Positions 29,645 through 41,700 of a stretch of 64,000 bases of DNA are shown here, piece by piece. Every line of letters starts with the position of its first letter. Within the stretch, counting starts at the first letter, position 1. The notes below the pieces were generated by a model. That model saw nothing but the letters and a program-made list of their open reading frames with translations. It did not search any database and had not been told where the DNA came from. Origin of the DNA: Ruditapes philippinarum (lineage: Eukaryota); the NCBI RefSeq assembly GCF_026571515.1, contig NW_026853235.1, positions 124,001 to 188,000 on the forward strand, written 5' to 3'. A program made the translations under genes and the position numbers.

Positions 29645-30551
29645 GTTCGTTACTGTAAAATACGTTATGCTCTATGTAATTTGGAGGGAATTTGTTTTAC
29701 TAAATAAACAAAGAGAATAATTTTTTTAGTATGTTCAGCAGGTAGCATATAATTACACGTTTCCAGCAACATGTATGTCAAAAGGTATATGCTTAAAAAA
29801 CACAATCAGGTCTTTTTAAGCCACCCCTTTTTAGGTTTGACCACCTTTCAATACACGCTTGCCATGTCCATTGACCGTATCTCGGAGTTTATTGTTTTTT
29901 TTTTAATTCCAGGTTTCCAAGAATGTGTCACTTGCAAGTTTTAAGAAATAAATATCCAGTTCAAAAGCATATGAATATAATCTCAAAGTCCAATAGACCT
30001 AATAAAAAAAGAGCAAAGCATTTGAAGATAAATCATTCATTGTTTTACTAAAATGCACACATAATGAATATCGTTTTTCAATCTAACATACTTATAAGAC
30101 AGAGAAATGATTAAATATGTTTCCCTCAATTAGAGACAATAAGATTAGTTGTTATTTTCCTGACATTTTTTCGTTTATTGATATCATACATGACTTCATT
30201 TGAGTGTACGCATTCTTTTTTATACCGTTTACTAATAAGACCCTGTTATACACGTAAAAAAACAACACCAACACTTAATAGATATACTAAGCAAGATTTC
30301 GTCCAGCAGTAAGCAGAATTTAAGAATTTTACATATTAACATATAAAACTCATATATTGATATGATATGTTAAAGCTATCATTAAGATCACATGATAGCT
30401 ATATATCTTAAAACAATTCACTTCGCTATTACCTATCATCTAATACTAGGTTCTCAAGCATTTAAAAGTTTTCTCAAGTAGTAAATATCACGGTTTCTTT
30501 TCTGCTCCATGCTTATCTTTCCACATTTTTATAACAAAATTTTAAGGTAAT

Positions 30552-30748
30552 AAATGAGCCGCGTCATGACAAAACCAACATAGTGGATTTGCGACCAGCA
30601 TGGATCCAGATCAGCCTGCACCTCAGCGCAGTCTGATCAGGATCCATGCTGTTCGCTATCAGTTTCTCTACTTGTAATAGGGTTTGTAAGCGAACAGCAT
30701 GGATCCTGCAGACGCACTATGATGGTTTTGTCATGACACGGCTCAAAT
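30552..30748. mobile_element. Palindromic MITE
   Basis: TIRs TGAGCCGCGTCATGACAAAACCA / TGGTTTTGTCATGACACGGCTCA. Absent from the paralogous block near 57670, which shows the empty site. Confidence 0.88.
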
Positions 30749-32901
30749 GTATTGTTATTCTTAAATCATTATTGTTCTATAAGACATTACCACTTAACAA
30801 AATTTATGAGTTCAATACAGAAAGGTTTTAAGTCGTAATTAGAACTTGACTGAGTGTACAGATTGGTAATTATTTACATAACTCATTATATTAAAACGCA
30901 CACACTTGAAAAACTGTAGTAAATTGTTAGCCGATAAATTAGTTCTCATGAACAGAAATTGATATTCGCAGAACATTTGCAGCTATTTTATTAATACTTA
31001 AAACGGTAGTAAGGGTATCTCATTTCTATCAGTCTTTCACGTGTTATAATTATCTTATCTTTTATTCTTTCTACATGAAATGTGTGAAGAAAGCCAACTT
31101 CGTTGTGTGGAGAATCGTTTGATAATCCCGATGGTTTCTGCAGTTATTATATTATTACGAATGAAACACGCATTAGCGCTATTCTTGCATGCAAATTCAA
31201 CTCTGGCTCGGAAAATTTTAATTAAGCACTTTTGTATTTATTTATTTTTTTTTTTCGTTTACAAAACTGGATTATTTTTTCCTGTGGAAGTTGAATGTAA
31301 TTTGATAGTTTTAATTTGATAGTTTATAACCGGGACAATCACTCTAGCTTCCTATTAAAAGCGTTAAATATCAGGCCTCCTCACGTGATTTTATGTGGTA
31401 ATACCTTAATTTTGCCCCATATATTTATACTTGCTTTAGTTGTACTACCTCTCTGACTTTTACACGCACTGATTTAAGGTATTAGCACCCTAATGCATTA
31501 CCTCCGCTTTGAAGAGTATTCAAATAGGCTATAAGTACTGTTAACTACATTGAAAATGAGGGCAATGGGTTCAATCCCCAGAAGGGTCAACTTTTTTTTT
31601 TTCTTTTTTTCTTTTAACATTATTTATGTATCTCTCATGTCCCATTTGGAAAGAAAAAAGTGTTTTATTTTTATTTTTTTTATTTTTTAGGTATTTATTG
31701 GCTAAATTATGCTAAATCTAGTAATAAATATGGTACCTGATATTTTCAAAGTGTAATATAATCAAAACTAGACGGTAAAAGTATTTCATATTTTACAAGA
31801 TCAACCAATATACTTTTTTTAATAATTTAGGGAAACTTTGAAAACAGGCACTCACTCGGGTAAATTTTAAGAATTTTTTAAATTAGGCTCCCTAAGTAGA
31901 AAAATGGTCAGACACGTGGTAAAAATGTGTGGGGTAGGGTAACATTTTTATACAGATTTCATAAATTTTAAGTAGAAACCATATTTTGCTTAAATTATTT
32001 GGATTGTTAGCTGAATGGTACTATTTGTTTCTTACCAAAAATTAATGGGAAAACATTTTTCATTAGAATGTTATTGCAGATTATTTAAAGGTTTCTACTT
32101 TCTAAAAAAGGGCCCTGATAACATCCTAGCTTGAGTTCAGAAACGTGGCCATAACTTGATTTCCGTACGGTAAACTTTAAGGTATACATCTGACCTATGA
32201 TGTCAATTTTTTAGTTCCTGATAGTACCCATTAGGGTCCTTATATCTTAAGTTGTCATAAAAGGTAATAGTTAATAAGCTATTTTTAAAGAACAATCTCA
32301 ATAGTAAGTAGTGTTGCCAACAACGTGTTGCTACAGTAATTACAAAGTAGTATATCGAGATGATGGGTGTAACCTTGCTCACGGTAACTGAATTAAATTG
32401 AAGAAAGGAACACAATTTCAATAGAATCGTGCTTAAGAATACCTATTATATTTTCCAGAATATGATATGTTGAACTACTGATAGTCCTGAAGTCTTAAAA
32501 GAAATAAAACAGTTGGTAAATTAGTTCAGAATTATTAAATATGAAGGCATTTCTCTGCACTGTTCTGTTGTACAAAGTTGAGCCACCATATTGAGTAAAA
32601 TAGCCTTGAGTAGAATTATGTCGATGCAAATCACACGTATCTTGTCTAATACTATTAACCGTATGTAGATTGTATTGCATGTCTGTTGTTTATTATACGT
32701 ATAGATCTTCTTAAGATTATGTTCAATTACATATGCGCTATTTATACATGTTATGATTCGCCAAACTAATTATTTTTACTATTTACCCCATTGACGGTAT
32801 CAAATTGAAATTCACTTATTTCATGATCGATGTGTTTGAATAAAAACAATAACTGTAATTAGATAATTATTCTTATCATTCTTTATTTTGTTTATTTTCA
32901 G

Positions 32902-32910
32902 TTACGATCT
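32902..32910 (+). CDS. Candidate 9-nt micro-exon of the B-box/SPRY gene
   Basis: ttttattttcAG|TTACGATCT|GTAAGT; frame-preserving; a paralogous micro-exon lies at 58561-58572. Confidence 0.45.
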
Positions 32911-34156
32911 GTAAGTTTAATTGCAACATTTATTCTACTTCAAACAACAAATCAAAAAGATGACTCTTAAATGTCTTTTGTGATTAATGCTTCCGAGATA
33001 TCACTTTGTTTTCAGATTTTTATACTTCACAACCGCAGGTGTCAAGTGGGCTGTGTGGCAACTGTAAACAGTTGTCCCGTACTTCACTTCAGTGTTGTTA
33101 TATTTTTCTTGTCCTTCGGGATCATTGATGCCAGCACTAGTAAGTTTTGAGAATTGAGTACCGCTTCAGTCGGTGCTAGGCGGCGTGAGGCATGTTGCAC
33201 GTTTCAAGTATCCCTCGTGTCAAGCCGAGTCTGCAATTCTCCTGTAATATTGTTGTGATTAATGCTTCCGAGGGATCACTTTGTTTCCAGATGTATGTAT
33301 CATAACATTAATGATACAATTTACTAGGCACATGGTCATGAGATTTTAGGGTTATGTAGTTTGTTTAACATTATGAATACTACTTGATTTAAACATTTTA
33401 AAAAATGTTTAATGGCGATGTCTTTTAAATACATATATAATTACAGACGTATAGCATTGAGTTATTTGATATTCAGATACCATTTATTTGACCCCATATC
33501 GCTTTGTCGGAAGATACGATTCGTTGAAACGAAAACACACAACATAAAGAATACAAGCAACATAATAGTTAATATTTACAATCAGTAGCAGATGTCAATC
33601 ATGATATGGTTGTTTTTGAATAAATTGTAACTGTACGTTATGTTAAACATTATGTATCGTTTTATCAATGGTATCAACATTTGACAGAAAACATTAAGAT
33701 CAACAGTTTTAAATATTATATATATGCTGATAATTGTGTGTAATTCAAACACACAAAAGCTGTTCATTAAATTAAAAAAGCCATGTTTGATTGTGCTACA
33801 ACATTATATATATTGACTTTTTGTTGTTGTTTCAAAATTGTGTAGGACCAACACTCTTTATCATCTTTTTATCTTCATCTTAAAGGGACTCCACTGACTC
33901 CACTGAAGTTTAAAAGCCAGAAACATAAGTTTGATTTTCTTACATGAATGAGCTTGGGCAGTTTAAACAGAAATTTATACAAAAATAGTTACGAAATATA
34001 CTTTTTAGTTTGATATAAGTGTGAACAGCCTTTAAACACTTTCATTTTGGGTTATTTTTTTACGATTTGAATGAATATTCTGGAAAACGAAGTGCGCCAA
34101 CGAACTGAACTTTGCCACACAGATTAGTGGTGTAAACCTACATCAGATTGTACATT

Positions 34157-34490
34157 AGTAGTATAGTCGTTACTTTAGCCCCACGAGGCTGTGACGGCCG
34201 TGTTGACAATATTACATAATACGTCATTAATCTTAAAGGTATTACATTATTGCCCTTATTAAAGATTAAGGAGTATGCAGTGTCCTGACAGTTTTACAGA
34301 ATTCAATTGACAATATTACATCATGTATGTGACATGTCATATCAAAAATATTACGATTAGGTGTGGTTATACTGAACAGATTAAACATTTGGATGCATTA
34401 AGTAAAAGGTCGTTTATTTCCTTTTTACTTCCGTTTCCTGGTAATTCATATTTAAATGCTTAGGAAGAGCTAATAATTACAGTTCACTTT
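34157..34490 (+). repeat. Left terminal inverted repeat of the Polinton
   Basis: The first 30 bp differ from the reverse complement of the right end by 1 base. Looser similarity continues to about 34490, including TTTACTTCCGTTTCCTG...TATTTAAATG. Confidence 0.88.
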
Positions 34491-34528
34491 CAACCTGCTC
34501 AGTGTTTGTATCACACTTTGGTGAAATA

Positions 34529-35029
34529 ATGAACTCTAGTAACCGATGTAAATTGCATGTGTTTTGCGATGTTTATGTGACTATAAGTGACTACAAAAAT
34601 ATCACATACGTACATATGAGGTACTACGACGGAAAATACCCCACGAAAAAGGGTGTTGCTATGCCACTATTACGTTGGAAAACATTGGTGCAACTGATAC
34701 CGAAAATACAGGAAAATCGCAATGCCGATCAATCTGCTTTTGAACATTTAGGAGGTAATTGTTATATTAGCATTACGGATGATATACCTGGTATCGACAT
34801 AAGAGACTTCTGGATGCCCGAGGGAGAATTGAAAATTAAAGCAACAAAACGGGGAGTGCATTTTAGTCAAGAGGATTTTGATAAACTTGTTGATCTGATC
34901 CCACGCATTAACGGTTATATACCCGAGTTTGATGAAATCAAATTGTATGTCGAGAATGACGACCATCAAAACCAGCAGGGAGCCCTACGATGTAAAGAAT
35001 GTAATCCGAACGAATATCACATGTGGTGA
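34529..35029 (+). CDS. Tandem double PC4/Sub1-like (p15 coactivator, ssDNA-binding) domain protein
   Basis: Two PC4-like repeats: YVTISDYKNITYVHMRYYDGKYPTKKGVAMPLLRWKTL and YISITDDIPGIDIRDFWMPEGELKIKATKRGVHFSQEDFDKL. C-terminal H...CxxC. First ATG at 34529. Confidence 0.8.
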   Translation: MNSSNRCKLHVFCDVYVTISDYKNITYVHMRYYDGKYPTKKGVAMPLLRWKTLVQLIPKIQENRNADQSAFEHLGGNCYISITDDIPGIDIRDFWMPEGELKIKATKRGVHFSQEDFDKLVDLIPRINGYIPEFDEIKLYVENDDHQNQQGALRCKECNPNEYHMW

Positions 35030-35434
35030 ATACACAGAGACACTTTATATTAACATATCATAAGAACTTTGTAATATAAGTGATTATATTTTGTTTTATT
35101 GTTAAACGATAAATGTAAAAAATGAAATAAATATACGAAATGTCTATGTGTTGTTAGTGTTCAATAACGTGTGTCCATCATCATCATCACCTATAAGATC
35201 TGTAAATAGATATGAAATTAATAAATGATACACCATAAAAACAATTCACTTATGTATATATCATTATGTTACTAATAAATGAGATATTGTACAGTGGAAC
35301 CTCTATTAACGATTCTTTCATATATTAAGTATCTGAAACAATAAAACTACTTTAGAAATTGATGCTTTCTGACAGAAATAACTCTTTTTTAGGAAATATA
35401 TTTTAACTGTTGTACATGTGATTAGTTTACTTAC

Positions 35435-36390
35435 CTGTACAATAGGCCGACCTGTAGAATTGACACATATTCTGTATTTAGCAGTGTAGTCCAGGTCTTT
35501 GTAAATTGCATGAATATGATAATTGGCTATTGAGGCCGTCGCAAGCGTGACCGCATAAAAAATGTCACCATGGTCCTCGTTTTCATTTGCTGAACAAAAA
35601 ACCCCAGGAAATGTCCAAATTCATGCACAAATGCACCCAGACATTCCTCTAGGTACTTCATTGAATGTAAGTTGATGACGATTTCGCAGAAGTCTTCGTT
35701 TAGTTTCTCTGTCGAAGCATATTCTTCAGAATTATTTGAATCATTGACAAAAATGATTTTTATACACTTAAACTTTGTTTGGCACAAACCAAAATGATAC
35801 AAAAAATATTTTAGCAGTTTGTCTATGGAATAAACTATAAGAGGTATATTGAAATCCGACCAACTTGTATATAAGTCGTCCACTTCTGTTGCAGACACAT
35901 CTGCACAAAATGTCGTCACAACAGCATTTGTATCATATTCGACGTAAGAAAATTGTCCCCGACTTTCTAATATTTTTGTATTATTCTCTTCTTTGATGTG
36001 ATAATAAATTTTTAAGTCCTTTAATGTGTTATCACCTTCTCCCAGATTAGACAATTCGTCGACAGCCATTCCTATTGTCAGACGAATATCTGTATTGAAG
36101 TATGGCTCTATAAAAACAAACGAAAATATATATTAAAATTATGAATCAAATTAAAACGTTTACATGCGCTATTACCTCAAACACTTCAGTTTTTCAAACG
36201 ATATAACCAAAAGCACTTAAATAAATGAGTTAAAGAAAGTAAAGATTGATTTATCATGAAAACACAAATTATTCAATTAAACGGTATATAGAGAGCGGTT
36301 TTAAACAGTAAAAGTATTTACCAATGCGAGACGTATTACTGCTAGTGTAATATCTGTTTTCAGAATTTTCGACTTCACGGCTCTGACCTG
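35435..36390 (-). pseudogene. SprT-like zinc metalloprotease, spliced, frameshifted
   Basis: FVHEFGHFLG (HExxH). A shift in the T run at about 35595 restores ...NEDHGDIF, giving the third His ligand. The exon is bounded by an AG at about 36108 and GTAAGT at about 35435, with a phase-compatible 66-nt upstream exon at about 36322-36387. Confidence 0.6.
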
Positions 36391-36902
36391 AATGAAAATA
36401 AAACAGACCTGTAAAGTTTTCATTAATTTATTTAAAAACTGTATAAAGCACATTTCCTTACATTGAAAACAAGACGTATGCGGATACAATACATTTATAA
36501 ATACTAAATATTCAATTTCGAATTATTGTTATGTTTACACAATGACGAAAAACATTGAAGACGACAAACATTTTATAATATCCTCACGTGTAACTTTTAA
36601 AGTATTATATATACTTTAAAAGACGCATCACTAAACAAGTAACACAAGAAAAAAGCTCTTTTCTTAAAAATTGGATTGATAATAAAGAAATTATAAAAAT
36701 CATAATATTACAATACTATTCATATAAATAATTTGCATATTGTGTCTCTTATTTTAGACAATAATATCCTTTGCTTTAAAAAACAAAATACAATGCTACT
36801 TACCCATTGCAATCATGTTTTAAAATGTATTCTTCTGATTCGAGAAGGCGTTTGATAATTTTCGCTAATTCGGACTTTTCATTCTGTACTAATTTTCTAG
36901 AC

Positions 36903-37020
36903 GAACTTCCGTATATTATATCACTTCCGTATTCAATTTCGCCTATATATTAAGTTATAGATCTTGTTAAGGTATCACTTGTCAGCTACTAAGCCAGTGG
37001 ACACTGAGATTCTGGTAAGT
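36903..37020 (+). promoter_or_regulatory. Candidate promoter: paired ACTTCCG (ETS-like) sites, TATA-like tract, short leader, splice donor
   Basis: ACTTCCGTATATTATATCACTTCCGTATT...CTATATATAAG, then GTAAGT at about 37015. A near copy lies at 38186-38302. Confidence 0.45.
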
Positions 37021-37187
37021 TGATATTTTCTATTTATTTTAATTTATTTCGTTACTGTTCTGGAAATGTGTGTACTTCGTTTAAATGTTATTTATTTTTT
37101 ATTTATAAATTGCAGACGGATGCAAAGATTTTATAGCATATTAGGAAATTATAGTGTACTTAAACCTATCTGCAAGAGTCTCTTATT

Positions 37188-38060
37188 GTGTCGTTGACCG
37201 GTCAAAAATAATATAGAAGTGATAGGTTATTGTTATATTAGTAAAAGTTCGTGTGGCACCGCCTTCTGAGAGTCTGCGAGTGTCTCTGAATGTGTCGCAG
37301 ACCGGTCAAAAATAGTATAGAACTAATACATGTTATAATAGGAGTCAAACTTCGTATGGCACCGCCTCCTGATAGTCTGCGAGTGTCTCTAAATGTGTCG
37401 CAGACCGGTCAAAAATAGCATAGAACTAATATGTGTTATAATAGGACTAAAACTTCGTATGGCACCGCCTCCTGATAGTCTGTGAGTGTCTCTAAATGTG
37501 CCGCAGACCGGTTAAAATAGTATAAAACTGATAGGTCATTGTTACAGGTGTAAAACCTTGTGTGGCACCGCCTCCTGATAGTCTGCGAGTGTCTCTAAAT
37601 GTGTCGCAGGCCGGTCAAAATAGCATAGAACTGATAGGTCATTGTTATAGGAGTAAAACTTCGTGTGGCACCGCCTCCTGATAGTCTGCGAGTGTCTCTG
37701 AATGTGTTGCAGACCGGCCAAAATAGCATAAAACTGATAGGTCATTGTTATATTAGTAAAACTTCGTGTGGCACCGCCTCCTGATAGTCTGCGAGTGTCT
37801 CTAAATGTGTCGCAGACCGGTCAAAATAGCATAGAACTGATAGGTTATTGTTATATTAGTAAACGTTCGTGTGGCACCGCCTCCTGATAGTCTGCGAGTG
37901 TCTCTGAATGTGTCGCAAACCGGTCAAAAATAGCATAGAACTAATATGTGTTATAATAGGACTAAAACTTCGTATTGCACCGCCTCCTGATAGTCTGCGA
38001 GTGTCTATAAATGTGTCGCAGACCGGTCAAATATAGTCTAGAGCTGATAAGGGTTGTTAT
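37188..38060. repeat. Internal tandem array of the Polinton, 103-bp unit x about 8.5, with an interrupted palindrome in each full unit
   Basis: GACCGGTC or a close variant recurs at 37197, 37300, 37403, 37506, 37609, 37712, 37815, about 37919 and 38021. The unit consensus includes GTCTGCGA-N15-TCGCAGAC. Confidence 0.93.
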
Positions 38061-38185
38061 AAGAATAAAAATATTATTTTGACGTACCCTTTTCGAGTGC
38101 TTCCGGAAGTGTTGTAGACAGGCGAGAGTAGTTTGGATTGTACAACTTAAAAAGCCCCTTTGGCACTTCCTTGTTTTCAAAGGTT

Positions 38186-38302
38186 ACTTCCGTGTATTAT
38201 GTCACTTCCGTGTTAATTTTCTCGATATATATGTATCAAATTTAATTTTACTCTGCATTTTATCTGGACAGTGATGTGAAGATCATGAGACATCAGGTAA
38301 GA
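38186..38302 (+). promoter_or_regulatory. Candidate pPolB promoter and non-coding leader exon
   Basis: ACTTCCGTGTATTATGTCACTTCCGTG...GATATATATG, donor CAG|GTAAGA at about 38297, acceptor TTTCAG at about 38597, ATG at 38719. Confidence 0.45.
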
Positions 38303-38718
38303 TTTTAAACTTTAATGGTTATTTTTTTTATTCACTTAATTTTATAAACTTTATAACATGTTAAACTTTATATTTAAAGATACTACTGATATTTCGAAAA
38401 TGCACATATGATATAGCTTTTAAAGCTTAAAAATATGTGTTATTGCAATAAAAGCGGTGAAATGTTAAATGCTTACAGACCAGATGAAATGGTTTGAATC
38501 CTATAACTGATGTCAATGATGGAAACACTCTTCAGACACCCCCCCCCTTTTTTTTTTTGGAGCGTTTCTAATTTTGGTGTTCTTTTCTTTATTTCAGATA
38601 TAAAAATTCCAAGAGAGACAGTCAAGTTACAGAACTTAACTTAGCTACGATTCCGTGTGTCTGTCGTGAAGAATACTGAAGAATAAAAATTTCAGACTTC
38701 CTGATGTAGTTCATTCTG

Positions 38719-41700
38719 ATGAACAACGACATGGAAAGCATTTATAAAACATTTGAAGTTTTGATAAATTCTTTTACAAATGCTGATGAATTACATAACT
38801 TTGTGACAACTTTAGGACTACAGGATATTCCGTCAGCAAGATTTCGATTGTTCCAGTTGAGAAATCCCGAGTACGATGAGAACTTTGTAAACGAAGAGTT
38901 AAGTAGTATTTTTCAACATTTAGAAGGAACTGCTGAACATAACAACGTTGACTTGGAGTTGGCCCTTGAGTATGTAAAAGAGCAAGAAGGCTTTGAAAAA
39001 TTAGTTAAGTCACCATCATGTTTCGACAAAGAAACGAATGAAATGGCAATGGCATCTACTGAAACTGACAAGTGGGAACCCTCAGTACAAGTAGGGTCTG
39101 GGGAAGAACCGCAACCGGGTCCGTCGTATAGATCCAGTCCCCACCCTGCTCTTCAATATACAATTAGAAAAAAATCGGAAAAAACATATGCCAAATATGC
39201 GGCAGTGGATCGAACTTATCAGGTAAAATTAAACGCCCAGCATAAAGGACAAAAGTTACAAGATACACGACAAGGACTCTACCAGATGTTTGACGAAGTG
39301 TTGGACCACGCCCGGGGAAATTTGAAGGGAAACGATTTAGGAAGAGTTGTCTTACATCACGAATCACTTAACAATTCGATTATTGTCCCTCTACAATCCT
39401 GGGATCAGCTTAATGCTAACACAGTGATGGAGACAGTAGAGAAAGAACTGAACAGCAATGAAGCTTTAGCAATTGATGAAAGCTTTGATATTTCAGTTGG
39501 TTCCATTGATTTACCAAAAGGAAGTGGGAGTTCACGTCTCAGAATTACCAAACTTACAGGAAAGAACAATTCCCTCGTGTTAAAGAAATCCATTGTTACA
39601 ATCGAAAATAAAGACATGTTATGTATGTCTAGAGCAATTGCTGTTAGCTGGGCGAAACTGAAAATATGTAGTCCGGACGAATGGAAAGAGATAGCTAAAA
39701 ACAGACAAAAGAAGAGCAATTTACAACTTATTTTACAACACCGAAAAGTTCCAGACAGTTATTTGAAGAAACGTAGGGAGAAAAAAAGAGATGAACAACG
39801 ACAATTAGCTGTGGCTATTAGCCAGTTGGCTGGAATAGCCTTAGACAGACCAGCGAGTTTAAATGATGTAATGGCTTTTGAAGAAGTACTGAGGGTGCGT
39901 GTAATGGTGATCAGTGCAAGGCTTGGCAACAAGTTTATTACAAGTCCAAGTACCGACGAACGACCATGCATTTACATTTATTTAATGAACGACAACCATT
40001 TTCACGCCATTACATCAATTACAGGTTTCTTTTGCGCCAACTACTTTTGCAACCGCTGCCTCAAACATTACGACCATAAAGAAAGACATGGATGTAAAAC
40101 GCATTGTATAATATGCAAAAGTGATGGATGCGTAATAACAGAAACATCCGTAGTCTGCACTAACTGTAATATGAGCTGTAGATCTCCAGATTGCTATAAA
40201 CGACATTTAAAGACACCCGTACACAACAAAGGAAAATATAAAGGAAAGCCCAGAGGTCCGTCCCAGTGCGAAAAATGGTGGAAATGTCCAGTCTGTTATA
40301 AAGTTGTGAACAGAGAAAAAAAGACAAAAAGAAGAACATCAGTGTGGAGAGTACTATTGTTCTTCATGTCAAAAATTTGTTTTTGAAGATCATTTATGTT
40401 ATATAAGAGCTATGCCAGCTAAAGAAGATTTCAATCCAAGATTTATATTTTTTTATTTTGAATGTACGCAAGACCAAATTTTAGAATGTCAGGAGGGATA
40501 AATCGTTACCAAGAAACCAGATTGTAGAGACTGTCAACCAGAACAGAAGTGTAAAGCCTGCTCCAAATATCGCCACTGTAAAACATCGTCGTGCGGAAAA
40601 GCCATACATCGACCCAATTTCCTCGTAGCTCACTCAGTATGTCCAGATTGTATTGATAAGCCTTTAACGCCAAAATCCGTCTGTAATAAATGTGGAACAC
40701 GTTGCGAAGAATGTGACAGCACTAACCTATTCGATGAAGAAGATACAGAGCCATGCCATGAAAAGTGCGGGTTCAGGGAAGTTATATTTGAGGGTGAAGA
40801 CACTGCTGAAAAGTTTGGCGAGTGGTTATTTTCTGATCAGCACCGACATTTTAAAGCCGTGGCTCACAATATGAAAGGTTATGATGGCTATTTCCTTCTT
40901 GAATACCTTATCAACCAATCAGTACGACCAGACAAAATTATCTATAACGGTTCCAAAATTATGTACATGTGTGTAGAGAAAGGGTTACATATTAAAGTTT
41001 TAGACAGTCTAAATTTTCTACCCATGAAATTATCGGCATTACCCAAAACCTTTGGATTACAAGAATTAAAGAAAAGCTGGTTTCCTCATTTCTTCAACAC
41101 AAGGGAAAATCAACAGTATGTAGGACCCTACCCGAAACCCAAATTTTACGGTGTTGATTTCATGTCCACAAATGAAAGAAAAGAATTTTTGCAGTGGCAC
41201 CTGACTAAAGAGGGTGAGCTGTTTGAATTAAGAAAACAAATACTTGAATACTGTAGAAGTGATGTGGATATTTTGAGACAAGCCTGTCTTAAGTTTAGAC
41301 ACTTATTAATGACAGCTACCGGTAAGCAAGAAGATATAATCAGTGACAAAGGAAAGTTGAAAACGGTTTGGGTGGGTGCTATAGATCCTTTTGACTATGT
41401 AACTATAGCATCCGTATGCATGAACATGTACAGAACTAAATTTTTAGAAGAAAAGTGGAAGGTCAAGTTAGACAAAGAGAGTAAATGGACTCCCGCTCAA
41501 GTCACTGACGGGAAATTATACGTTTATCACCAGAACAAATGGATCGGAGAGGACGACCTAAAAGACAATAAAATTGATCATAAAGAATTTGTTTCAACCA
41601 AAATAGCAAAAATCCCTTCCAGCGGTTACAGAGATCAATACAGTAAAGTTTCCATACAGTGCTTAGAATGGATAGCCAGCCATGAAGAAATCTATATCCA

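Larger units (their letters stand above)
29730..33358 (+). repeat. Copy 1 of a diverged local duplication (resumes at about 51679-51870 after the large insertion)
   Basis: Colinear similarity to 57082-58920 throughout, e.g. TATGTTCAGCAGGTAG..., GAGCAAAGCATTTGAAGATAAA, GAGTAGAATTATGTCGATGCAAATCAC. Confidence 0.88.

Noticed and set aside
31560-31600. tRNA/SINE-like B-box GGTTCAATCCC
   Set aside because: No convincing A box or cloverleaf; cannot support a tRNA or SINE call.
37188-38060. CRISPR-like array (regular repeats with a hairpin)
   Set aside because: The variable segments are related two-variant sequences, not unique spacers. There are no cas genes and the context is eukaryotic.
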